Assembly: GCA_002269645.1 (NCBI GenBank)
Contig: NIVC01002282.1
Span: 62,001-126,000, forward strand
DNA from: Macrostomum lignano
Lineage: Eukaryota
DNA: 64,000 nucleotides
Direction: 5' to 3'
The notes under the pieces are model-generated. The model saw only the letters and a list, made by a program, of their open reading frames with translations. It did no database searches and was not told the DNA's origin. Position 1 is the stretch's first letter. The number at the start of each line of letters is the position of its first letter. Position numbers and translations under genes: made by a program. Below, piece by piece: positions 26,797-38,392 of the stretch.

Positions 26797-27641
26797 TCTT
26801 CTATCCTAATACTAAAGTTGGTGCAATGTTTGTCTGTTTGTCTGTTTGTTCGTTTGTTGCATAACTCCTCCCAGAATACTTGTAACTCAGCGTTGAAACT
26901 TATATGGGAAAACTGCAAATTTTCCGAGGATGGCTTTAGGCTATTTTAATCTTTCATTTTCAATTTTTAAGATCCCTAGAAAAGCAGAAAGCAGCAATTC
27001 TGACCTTTGATAATCTTATTTGTCCCCTCTTTCTGCTTGGAGCTGAAAATTTGCATGAATTTTGAGTGATTGCGCCACAACTTTCTCCTATCTTGGCAGC
27101 GCATTTTCTCTCCAGTTGGAGGTGTTCTCAGTGGCGGCGTGTGTACACTTGGACCCTTGCGCACTGGCTGACTGTATAAACAATTGCACAATGATACGTG
27201 TTCTGCCTTTCAATAGGCTGCCCTGTGTAATAACCGGGCAGTGAAACTCAATGAATAAACTTGCGAGCCACTTTAGCAGGTAGTGAATGTACACTCGATA
27301 TTTAAATGCTTTTAATCAAGAATTTTCAAACGCTAACTGCTCTTTGATTTCTAAACTTTTAGAGAAGAGACTTATATTGCTGGAAAGATCTTGCAACGCT
27401 GAGTTCAGGGATATAAGTTGTTTGCTTTAAATATGAAAACTAAAAGCATAGCATTCGAAAAACGATTTCCATACTTTTAACTTGCTGTAAAGATTGTACT
27501 CATTTTGGCGAGAGGTGAGAGATAAAGTTGGGGTTAGATGATAGGATTCGGGTCTTGGGATTTAGCTGATGGAGTTGAGGGAATCGAATTCCGGGGAAGG
27601 GAGTTCTTCCCCTTTCTCCTCCATCAGAGGAGTTGGCCTCG
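26797..27641 (+). mobile_element. Non-autonomous Helitron-like element, copy 1
   Basis: A|TC start (tcttctatcctaatactaaag) followed by a (GTCT/GTTT)n microsatellite. 3' hairpin CTCCT-ccatcag-AGGAG about 10 nt before the terminal CTCG. Body homologous to 27642-30301. The terminus is CTCG rather than canonical CTRR. Confidence 0.7.
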
Positions 27642-28602
27642 TCCTAATACTAAAAGTGCTGCGATGTTTGTCTGTCTGTCTGTCTGTATGTAGCAAGTGA
27701 ACTCCTACAATACTGCCAAGTCAGCGTCGAAACTTATATGGGAAAACTGCAAATTTTCCGGAGCAGGCTTTAGGCTATTTTAATTTTTAATTTTCACATT
27801 TTAACATCCCTAAAAAAGCAGAAAACTGCTTTTTTAACCCCCAATAACCTTCTTTGGCCACTCTGCCTGGGGCTGCAGCCAGTTTGTAAAAATAGCCACC
27901 CCAACCTCCGCCCGCGGGCCGCTGTGTATTGAGGGGTGGTGGGTGCGCGTGTTCTGGGTTCAATGCAAATAAAACCCCCCGCGTGTTGGGGGGTTGAGTT
28001 AAATTTAATGCTTCCCCCAGAACAGGGGTTGGGCTTGGGCTGAGTGTACATAGCAGTTGTACAGTGTAAATAGATAGACTGTGTCGAGATTCAATTGGTT
28101 TTATTATTGGCGCCTTTTTTCTCCATAGGCAGCCCTGTGTATTAGCTTGGCAGTGAAATTCAATGAATAAACTTGCAAGCTTCTCTAGCAAGCAGTCAGG
28201 AAATCGGTAAATTTCAAACGCTAACTGTTCCTTGAGTTTTAAACTTTGAGAGGAGAGACTTAAATTGCTGGAAAGATCTTGCAAAGCTGAGTTTGGGGAT
28301 ATAAGTTGTTTGCTTTAAATATGAAAAGAAAAAGCACAGCATTTGAAAAACTATTTCCATACTTTTAACTTTTTGCAAAAATTGTACCCAGTTTTGCGAG
28401 ACCTAATAGATAAAGTTGGGGGGGGGGGAGGGTTCAACTTCTCACTGCTGCTGTGTATTGGAGGGTTGATTTAGATTGCGCAATGTTTTTGTTAACTTTA
28501 ACTGCGACTGATACTGACTGACTGTGAAATCGATTGCGCAATGAATTGATTCAATTAGTTCAATATATTTTATCAGTGCCTTTTAACACGAAGCTGTGCA
28601 TT

Positions 28603-28641
28603 CTAACCCTAGCCCTAACCCTAAGTCCCTAACCCTAACCC
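28603..28641 (-). repeat. Short degenerate telomere-type (CCCTAA)n tract
   Basis: ctaaccctagccctaaccctaagtccctaaccctaaccc. Confidence 0.7.
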
Positions 28642-29029
28642 AAGAATCCAGAGAGTTGAGTTGTTTGATGGAAAAAATTCGATTGAGTCCAGTTTAGCAG
28701 AGACGATTTCAATGTTTTAATTTTGACGGAGAGGATTTCTGTTTCATAGAGAGGATTTCGATGGTGTTCAATTTTACAAAGAGAGGATTTCGATGATGTT
28801 CAGCTTCACGGAGAGAATTTCTGTTTCACGGAGATAATTTCTGTTTCACGGAGATAATTTATGATTGATTTCTGCTTTATGGAGACCATTTTGATGGATT
28901 TAAGTTTCAAGGAAAGGATTTCGAAGGAGTCCAGTTTCACTGAGAGGATTTCAATGGTTTTCAGTTGCACGGACAGGATTTCTGCTTCGCGGAGAGGATC
29001 TTGATGGATTTGGCATCTTCAATCAGTCA

Positions 29030-30150
29030 CAGAAGAGAGTAAAGAGAAGAATGAAAAGAGAAGAGAGATGAGATGATAGAAAACAGAGTAGAAATGAGTG
29101 GAGAGATTAGACATGACAGATGGGAGAGAAGAGAGGAGTAAGGCGGGAACAAAGGAGAGAGAAGAGAAGAGAAGAGACAAGATGAAGGGAGAGGAAATGA
29201 GAGAGGAGATATGAGATAGCAGAGAGGAGACAGGAGAGAGAAGAAAGGAGGGACAAGAGCGTACAGAGGCAATAGAAGAGAGAAAAGAGAGGAGAGAGGT
29301 GAGAGGTGAGAGGAGAGAGATGAAAGATCAGAGATCAGAGATTTAAGAGAAGAAAGTAGTGAGGAGAAAGAAGAGGGTAAAGATGAGAGTGCAGAGAGGA
29401 GAGAAACGAGAGGAGACAGGTGGTAGAAAGGAGTGTAAAAAACAGGAGATAAGAAAGGAGAGGGTAAGAGTGAGAGCATATAGGAAAGTGTAAAAGGGGA
29501 GCAGAGGAGAGAGAATAGATAAGTGGGTAGAGAAGAGATATGAGAGAGGAAAGACAAGGGGAGAGAAGAGACAGGAGAGAGTAAATTTGAAAGACCTAGG
29601 AGAAAAGATAAATAAGATAGTACAGATGAGAGGAGAGAGAGGAGAGATGAGAGATGCAATGAGAGAAGAGATGAGTGAGAAAATAAGAGAGAGAAGAGAT
29701 TCGAGATTAGAGAAGAGATGAGGGGAGATGAGAATAGAGAAGAGAGAATGTAGAGAAGAGAAAAGAGAGGAGAGGAGACAGGTGATACAGTAGAAAGGAG
29801 GGAAGAAAGATGGGAGATAAGAAAGGAGAGTGCGAGAGGGTATAATAGATACGAGAAATGAGAGCAGAGAGAAGAGAGAAAAGGGAAAAGAGAAAGTAGA
29901 GCGGAGACGATAGATAAGTGATTAGAGATGAGATATGAGAGAGGAGAGAAAAGGGGAGAGATAAGATAGAAGATAGGAGAGTAGACAAGAGAGGGTACAG
30001 ACGAAAGATGAGGGAGAAGAGATAAATAAGGGAGTAGAGATAAATAAGAGAGTAGGGGTAGAGATGAGATGAGAGAGAGGAAAGAGAAGCGAGTCACGAT
30101 AATAGCGAAGAGAGGAGAGAGTAGATATGAGAGACGTAAGAGTCTTTGAG
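29030..30150. repeat. Purine-rich (A/G) low-complexity tract
   Basis: Almost exclusively A/G on the + strand; source of ORF 29027-30208. Confidence 0.9.
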
Positions 30151-33100
30151 CTATGGTCTTTGAAAGGTTTGTAAAGAATTTGGAGACGATTTGGAAGATG
30201 GGGTTCAAGACATGGAATTTCAGTTGATGGATAATTCAGGGAATGGAATTCCGGTGATGGGAGTTCTTCCCCTTTCTCCTCCGAAGGAGGAGTTCCACTC
30301 GTTAAAATAAAAGTAATTAGATTTATTATTTAAACTGGATGGACTTGAATTCTGGAAACAATGCTACTCTTTACAACTTACTACAGCGCCTAGAAAAAAC
30401 CCTAATATCAAACATAGTGCATTCGCATTTAAAATACAATAAGAATTAACATACAGTAAAACAATAGTAATAAAGTACACACAGTAAGTATCATGGAAAT
30501 AGGAAACTCATTACTGAATAAATACTGACTAAATAATAACACAATAATATTCAAGAATGCCGGATACATCATAAAAAGTGCTAAGATTCAATTGATACAT
30601 AAAAATACTTTACAATAGATATGCATATGCACTAAATTATATCAACCCCATTGCAAAATTATTTCAACATGTGCACGGCTGCATAGTGCACCACTGCACC
30701 TAGCACTTAGCATTGACACTGATCCTGTTGAGTGTTGGCCAAGCAAGCCAAGCCTAAGGGTTAACTAATTTGGCCAAGTTTGTTATTCAGCAAGCATCCA
30801 AGGCTAGGCCTATCAGTTTTATTCTAGGAGCCCTACTAACAATTTAACTATTTGTATTTAGCCTGCCTGATATGCAAGTTTTCACTTTATATATAGTATA
30901 TTTTTTCTATTTTTGTTTTTGTGACTATGCCTAAAGCCTAGGCCTATTATAAATAAATGATAAATCAAGCATGTTGAAAAATGTTAGGCCTATTTGGGTC
31001 TCAATAATAATACTAATAGGCAATGACTACTAAGCAAAACCAACTAAATAAAAGACATGGTTAGGTCCTATACTATTAACTTTATTTGACAAGAAGTAAT
31101 TTAATTTAAAAAATAGTAGCAAAATAAGTAGATAAATGGTATACTAACAGTATTTAGGTAACTAGGCCTAGATTTTAGCTTTAAATAAAATTTTCCTATA
31201 TTTATATCTAAGTGTAATCTAGATTAGAATATAAGAAAATTTTTTATTACTCTTCTAAACTTTCCCTAAGTATTTATAGACTAGGGATATATTTAGTTTA
31301 TTAGATCCCATTGCCATAATTGAGATCATGCTAAGTGCATACTTAACAAAAAGTGAATAATTACAAATGCACACCAAAAAATTGCATGCATGTCTATTCC
31401 CAAAACTACATTGGTGTTGCAACAATAAATGACCTTTTTACATTGCAACAACAAATGATCTTTTTTGAATTGTGTAAAAAAACCTTTTTTGGCAGATAAT
31501 TTGATTTATTTTTTAGCAATACTTTTTATAACAAAAAATTGATATGCATAAAATTATGTAAATGCCTTATTACAAGCTTTAAAAACCTAGAAAGCTTGAA
31601 ATTTACGCTCAAATATGAACTTTTTTATCCTTTTTAAATTAATACTAGCTCTTCAATGTGATTCTATAAAGTGTATGCTGGATGTACATGCATGTCGCAC
31701 ACTTTTCCTAGGAATGATATACACATGCTTTTTGGTATGTATATGCAAAGCCAATTTTTTAGGCATATACTACATGATCCAGTGTGGTCACACTGTAAGC
31801 TACCAAGCTATGTTATGGCCTTGTTTCTCTTTTTAAATCTGGCTAAACTACCATTAAAGTTGTCAAAAGGGCTATAGTTCTATTCTTAATGATAATCCTA
31901 CTGATTTCACCAAAGTTTCCCTAGTGCTAATTCCTATTCTATAAATTTATTATTTAAAAAAATCTTAGTACATATCTGAATATTTGTTTAATTATATGTC
32001 TAAGTATGTCTAAGTAGGCCTATATATCTAAGTGTATGTCTTATTAATTATCTAAGTATATATACTTTATACTTATAAAATACAAGTAGATGCCAAAGTT
32101 GTAGTTGTTGGGATTGCAGTTGTCATTATCAAAATGAATACTTGTAAATAATATTCATTTATTCTTGATTTTCGTAGCATTCTTATTATTATTCTAGTAG
32201 CATTATAAACAAATCTAGGCTAAGCAATATAGTATTTATCTCTACTGATATTTCTATTGATATGTATTCTGTATATATTTCCTTCTTAATCTTTGCTTTC
32301 TATATATATTTATAGATCTATTTTTTATTTTATTTTCCTTTTAATATTCTACCTCTCAATAGTATATACCATATATGATCCATTTTACTTCACTCTATCA
32401 AAATGAATTAGATTGGTGAAACACTTCCTTTATTCTAAAAACTTTTCAATTATTAACTTCCTTATATTTAGAACCCCAGTGGACAAGGTTGGTCTCCTCT
32501 TTAAAAAATATTAATTTATTTATATTAAACTTTAGTTGCGTAAAACAAAAATGAGTACAAAATATTTTAGAAAATATGTATTAAAACAAAATGTTTTTCT
32601 TAGAAACCCAGATTTAAAATGGCATAGAAAGTTAGATTTTTGTGTACAAATAAAGAATAAAAAAGGCCTTCTAACATTTCCCAGTGGGACTTTTCCGTCC
32701 GCCCCGATGTCCGCCCGCGCCTCCGCCCTTTTTTGGGCGACGGCCGCCCCATGGAGCTACGTGACCTCCGCCCCAGCGTCCGGGGCGGCGCCGCTGGGCG
32801 GAGCCTGATGAAATTTGCTCATAAGCCTACTATTAGTAGTAGAATTAGCACAAATTTCTTTTTTGCTGCATTCACTCAGCATTTTTTTCACGATTTTTCT
32901 GCTCTTTGGATTTTTCGATTTTGGGATATTAGCGATCACTGGCTTCGTAATTAAGGCTATTAGAATGATTCAAAGACTTGTTCGCTTCGTTTTGTTCCTA
33001 CTGGTGCAGGCAACTCCGTAATGTATATTTAAGTCATAGGTAGTTCGTGTATTTGAATTATTTGCAAGTATTTTTAGGCATTAAAACATTTTATAAATAA

Positions 33101-33168
33101 GCGCAATAATTCATTAAAAAAAGAAATTACAAATGAATATTAGCAAAATCAGGAGTGAAGCGAGTCGG

Positions 33169-33398
33169 CAGGGGCGGATTGAGGGGGGGGCATTAGGGCG
33201 GCCGCCCCCTATCAAAATAGCTTGATAAAAAAATATTTTTTTACCTAAGTTTAAAAACCTAAGTTTTTTGTGCATAGCTTCATTTTTTACTTTTAACACA
33301 CTTTTTGCGCCCCCCTAGCTTAAAAATGGCGCCCCTCATACTCTTGATGGCGCCCCCACACTGGGACCCCCCGAAATGAAATTCCAGATCCGACACTT
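33169..33398. mobile_element. hAT-type MITE nested in the CACTA element
   Basis: Starts CAGGGGCGGATT. The right end gatccgacactt is an 8/12 match to the inverted repeat. Flanks cgagtcgg (33161-68) and cgagtcag (33399-406) form an 8-bp TSD with 7/8 identity. Confidence 0.7.
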
Positions 33399-33664
33399 CG
33401 AGTCAGTTGTTAACTTTCCTCCACTTCAGCCAGCAACAGTAGCGGCCCGTGCAACGATCAGAAGTTTTTAATCAAATAGGGGAACAAATGAACAAATGAA
33501 CGATGTGAGGTCCCCCACCCTATTTTACCGACTTGAAACCCCGGACCTATGCGTATCTATGCATAACTAAGCAGCAACTCTTCTAAGCTCAATATCTTAC
33601 AAAAGCACCTTAATTAGCCTATAGGCTTTCACATTTCTGATACTATTTTAACTATATTACGCAT

Positions 33665-36097
33665 TTAATCGTCACTGTAGTCGGAAGGACACCGAAACTC
33701 ATCGTCACTCGACCCCATCAAATCATCCATTTCTCGAACAGCTCTGTTTACATTCGCACTGCGGCGCTTTGCTGCCCTCTGCTGCTGAGTAGGAGCTGGC
33801 CGCTTCTGGGCCCGCGGCGTAGCAGATGTGGTGGCCTGCGAATGCGAAAGCCCGCTGGCTTGTGGAGTCGAGGCTGCGCTTCTTGCGTTGATTGAATTTG
33901 ATGGCGTCATGGCACCGATTGTGTTGCGGCGATGCGACCGCCCCGAGATTCGGTCAGCTCCGTGCCTCAGGTACTGCCGCACTTGGCTAGCGACCAGATC
34001 CTGAGACGGCCTGCCGTCCTCCGCTCTGGTGCCGTAAATTGCTGAGACGGCATCTGCAATTCCAACAAGGGATGCAAAATAGGTCGATAACTATACAAGA
34101 TTGTGGTATAAAATGACTATATCCGTGTAAAATAAGCATTATAATTATAATTGTTTTTATGGGTTACAGATTGCAAGAAGGGTTAGCTGCATTTAGCTTA
34201 ATAACAGAATATCGTACCTTGGATGTAGCCCAAAAACTTGGATTGAAACGCGAGCTCCCGATCGATAGCTCCGTGGCTGCACCAGACTGGCACACCCTGT
34301 TCCGCATGCCCTGTCCATTGAAATTGACAAGTGCTTGCAGTCGGGGCGTCAGGATGACATTGACCATGTCGGTGACTGCAGTTGCCCAATCTCCGCGCCG
34401 GCATAGACGGAGATGATTAATCTGAGGGAAGTGACAGTAAGTTGGGTTCCAGCTTAATTTCGATTAATATAGAAACGAAACTACTTTTACTACTTACTCC
34501 TCAGAAGCAGTAGCAAGTAGGGGAATTTTTTAATTAAAATAGGTTAACACTGAAACTTACCAAAGTCAAAACTCGCTCAGAAGGCAAATCAGCGAGGAAG
34601 CGAGCATACTCCTCCAGTGAACTCAGAGGTTCAAACAGCAAGCTGGCTGATTGCCCTGCCCGCTGATCCAGACGGGCCTGAATTCCAGCCAGTATGTTGA
34701 TTATCTGCTGCTGGCTTTCCTCCAGTTTCATTGTCCGCTGGACCAGCTCTCGCAGCTAAGATACATGGAGGAATACGAGGCCGTCAGTGGAATTTAAGGG
34801 CATTGGCGCAATAGACTGAAGCTGTTCTTGCAGCCTCTTGATTGGGCCCGGCCCGAACTGCAAGCGGACTGGCCGATCGTCTGTGCCAGCAGCAGGTGTG
34901 CCAGCATCAGCAGCAGTGCTCAGTAGAGTTTTTTGAATCGTCGACGCCTCTGCAGCTGCCTTTGCCGCTTCCGCTTTTGCCACTGCCGCCTTCGCTGCTG
35001 CCGCCTTCGCCGCCGCCGCCTGTGCTGCTTTTGCCGCTGCCGCTTCCGCCGCTGCCGCTTCCGCCGCTGCCGCTTCCGCTGCTGCCGCTTCCGCCGCTAT
35101 CGCTTCGGCCGCTGCCGCTTCCGCCGCTGCCCTTTCGGCCGCTGCCGCTTCCGCCGCTGCCCTTTCGGCCGCTGCCGCTTCCGCCGCTGCCCTTTCGGCC
35201 GCTGCCGCTTCCGCCGCTGCCCTTTCGGCCGCTGCCGCTTCCGCCGCTGCCGCTTCCGCCGCTGCCGCTTCCGCCGCTGCCGCTTCGGGCGCTGCCGCTT
35301 CTGCCGCTAAAGCCTCCGCAGCTGCGGCTGTGGAGGCCGCACTTTTAGAGGCTTCGATCTCTTTCGCTGCCGCAACCGCTGCTGGGGTCTCTGCGTTTCT
35401 AGCAGCAGCAAATGCCGGTGGAAGTGGCGGCAATGCAGAGCCTTTCGAAATCGTCGAATTCGTCGTGGCAACAAATTCAGCATCAGACTCCGGATCGCTT
35501 TGAAAGAAATCATCCGTGTTTGAGGCTGATCCAGTTGCCTCATTCTAAATAGGAGGATGTGGAAGGCAAACTACTCACTGAACCACTCATTCACTGACTC
35601 ACCCACATACTGACCCACTAGTTGACTTGGAATAACAGCTCACCCTTATTTGATAACGGCTGCGGGCCCTTCTCCAATCTTCGCGGGTGAAGACGCGTGG
35701 CTGCACTTTCTCTAGTACATCGGCTAGCCGTTTCTTCTTCCTAATTAATTCTCTTGCGTAGCTGAAGCTACTGGCCTCCAGACAGTCTTCCATAATAACC
35801 TAAAATGATTTGTAGGTTATTTCTTGAATTTTTATGCATCAATTTCATTAGTTCATTTTTTTTAAAATCACCGAAAATCAGAAAATGAATAAAATATTGT
35901 TAAATTCTTACCTGAACAATGTAAGCTTCGTAATACTTTTCGTTGTACAGCACTTCACATTTCCATTTTAATGTACAATGGCTCCTATCGAGCCACTCCT
36001 GCTCTGTCAGATTTTTTAGATGTGAAGGCAGAATCACATCCTCTTCCATCATCTCAACTACTTGTCTGTCAATCGCAAAAACAACTAAAAATTTCAT
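33665..36097 (-). CDS. Second transposon gene (DUF4806/BEN-like putative DNA-binding protein), spliced
   Basis: Exons 36097-35912, 35799-35644, 35544-34561 (in-frame TAG at 34756-58 unresolved), 34421-34296, 34254-34218 and 34053-33665, all GT-AG and phase-consistent. C-terminal EPLSSLEEYARFLADL...INHLRLCRRGDWATAVTDMVNVILTPRLQALVNFNGQG..LAFQSKFLGYIQDAV...VRQYLRHGADR resembles the DUF4806 pattern found beside animal EnSpm transposases (recognised by eye, not by HMM). Confidence 0.65.
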
Positions 36098-36244
36098 TTT
36101 TAAACTTAAAAAATGATTTTTTTGGATTGACAAAGCACGCAGATCGCACGACAATTGCACGGGGGAAGGTAGTAGAGCAGTTGAAAGTTAAGAAGACAAG
36201 TCATAGTTTCAAATATCGGGGTGGCAGTGGCACCATTCAGCAAA

Positions 36245-36297
36245 TTAGCCAATGGGATCCGATTGCGGTTGGCCCGCCCTTTCGCTGGATTGGCTAA
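36245..36297. promoter_or_regulatory. Candidate bidirectional promoter core: inverted CCAAT boxes around a GC box
   Basis: TTAGCCAAT (36245-53) and ATTGGCTAA (36289-97) form an exact inverted pair with CCCGCCC between them, in the ~330-bp gap between the two divergent ATGs (36097 and 36429). Confidence 0.5.
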
Positions 36298-36428
36298 GCG
36301 CTCAGTGCGGGCGATGGCAGAGTGTTGGTGTTGTTAATCTTACAATTTTTATTAGAAATTCTTGATCATTCAAATTTGATTATTTGTTTAAAATTTTATT
36401 GAGCGAAACGGAAACGTAATTATACGTC

Positions 36429-38392
36429 ATGGCATCAAGGAGCAAACGAAGAAGAGCGGATGATTTCCTAATGACTAGGTTTCTCCGGGACGATGTCGGC
36501 TATGGCAAAGCAATGCCTGAAGCTAGCCCTGTAGAAGTTGATGTCACGGAGGAGCCGACAGAAACTGCTGAAGTTGAGGAAGAAGAAGCTGGCTTTGATG
36601 AGCTTCGGTCGCTGAGCAGCACTGACGATGAAGAGGAAGAGAAACCCCAGGATATTCGCTCAACAGAGAAGAAACTGCTGGACTTGCTGGTCAGTTTCTT
36701 CACCATCTTTGGCTATTCCAGACCAGCGGCTATTTTCCTACTGGCCGGACTTCGTGCGATTGATTTGCCAGCACCTAACTATAAAACAGTCGAGCGAATT
36801 CTGAAAGAAGATCAACCCACTGGAAAGACAACTCCAATGGGCAATGGACACTTCGGTATGTGTCGATTCTTGATAACCTGCAGTTGCTGCTCAGCCAAGG
36901 TCTGCTGCGACTGATGCCCGAGAATGAGCACCGTGATGATCAAAGTTCCACTCCTAAAGTGTTTAAGTTCGAAGGAATCGTCAATTGCGATGGTTTACCA
37001 CTCTACCATTCGAGTGGATTCGGACTGTGGCCTATTTTAATGAAAATTCCTGGCGCATTCGCAAAGCCTTTTCCGGTGGGAGTTTGGGCCGGCGTTGGAA
37101 AACCTCCACTTTTGCCCTACCTTCAAGAATTTTGCCAAGAGGCCACAAAATTTCTTTCTGGTCCTGTCACAATTAGTAAAGACGTCTCCATTACTCTATC
37201 AACAATTTATTTCGTTTGCGACGCCCCCGCCCGAGCATTTTTAATGGCAACCTTGAATCACAACTCCTATCATGGCTGCAGCTATTGCCGAGCGGTAGGG
37301 CCTCGTGTTGCAAACCGTGTGACTTATGCACTGACGGCTGGAGAAAGCCGCTGCGGAAAGATCTATCGCGCAGGGATGGAGAGGAACCAGGAAACAAAAA
37401 GCAGGATTCGTTCTCCGCTACTGGATTTGCCGAGCATAGATTTTGTCACGTCTTTTCCTCTTGATTATCAGCATGCTGTTTGTCTTGGTGTTGTTCGCAA
37501 GCTAATGAACTTATACTTTGGCAAAGGACCAGCCGGTGAATGCAAGCTTAATCCGACACAGTTGCGCCGAATGTCGGATAAGATCACTTTGGTTGCTTCG
37601 TGGACACCGACAGAGTTTCAGAGACGGCCTCGGCGAATTGATATAAACTTACAGTACATGAAAGCAACAGAATTTCGCCAATTTTTACTTTATTTGGGAC
37701 CGATTCTGTTTCGAGGCTTCGTGCAGGAAAAATATATTAATCATTTCTTGCTTCTGCACTTTGCTCTATATGTCTACTCTGATAGGCGGCTGATCGACTT
37801 GTATGACCACGCTAAAAAATGTATTGAAGAATTCGTATTAAAAACAGCGGAACTTTTTGGACAGCAGTCCGTTAGTTATAACATTCATGCTTTGCTTCAT
37901 TTAGATCAGTTCGTGCGGCAACACGCAGATATTAATTACTTCTCAACGTTTGCATTTGAAAACTATCTGGGTGCAGTGAAGCGAAGCATTAAAGTCACAA
38001 GGCACCTTGCAGCCCATTGCGTCCAACAAGTTTTTAAGGTGAGAAAGCAAACGCTGCTTCAAAACCACAGCATTCCGGCACTAAGATACCGGCCGACAGC
38101 AGGTGACAACTGCTGTTTTGTCGATGAAACCTGCAATACGTGCGTCTACATCGACAGCCTTTCAGCAAGTGGACTAGTTTCTGGCAGGATTCTTCTTCCC
38201 GAGAGTGACGTTTACTCGTACCCATACGAATCCCTCACGCTTGGAATTGGGATTTACCGCCTTACATCGATTGTCACTAGTGGTGTGCCGCAACGCAAAT
38301 GCTGGATTTGGCCTTCAAAAAATCTGGATACCGAAGCAACTGACGCAGAAAGTCGTTTCTACGTTGTGCCTCTAACGGGCGACAGGGATTAG
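36429..38392 (+). CDS. CACTA/EnSpm-type transposase (two segments 36429-36855 + 36900-38392, ~639 aa)
   Basis: Motifs NCDGLPL..S...LWPIL, FVCDAPARAF, GCSYC, LDYQHAVCLG, KATEFRQFLLY, YNIHALLHL and FAFENYLG are characteristic of animal EnSpm/CMC transposases (D-D-E with CxxC and DxxH). The two ORFs join via a GTATGT...CAAG 44-nt intron restoring HFGL, or via a 1-bp frameshift. Confidence 0.88.

Larger units (their letters stand above)
27642..30301 (+). mobile_element. Non-autonomous Helitron-like element, copy 2 (expanded by internal simple sequence)
   Basis: Starts tcctaatactaaaag + (GTCT)n immediately after copy 1. Shares blocks with copy 1 (aaacttatatgggaaaactgcaaattttccg; gctggaaagatcttgcaa). 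Ends gggagttcttcccctttCTCCTCC-gaa-GGAGGAG-ttccactcg|T. Confidence 0.7.

Noticed and set aside
27088-28284. Similar peptide (LASLFIEFHC..TQG.L) in two minus-strand ORFs suggesting a duplicated gene
   Set aside because: Explained by nucleotide homology between the two Helitron-like copies; the frames are not conserved beyond that patch.
29027-30208. 393-aa Leu/Ser-rich ORF resembling a membrane protein (also 39847-40641 and 40718-41122)
   Set aside because: Arises from stop-poor pyrimidine-rich low-complexity strands; no domain or splice support.
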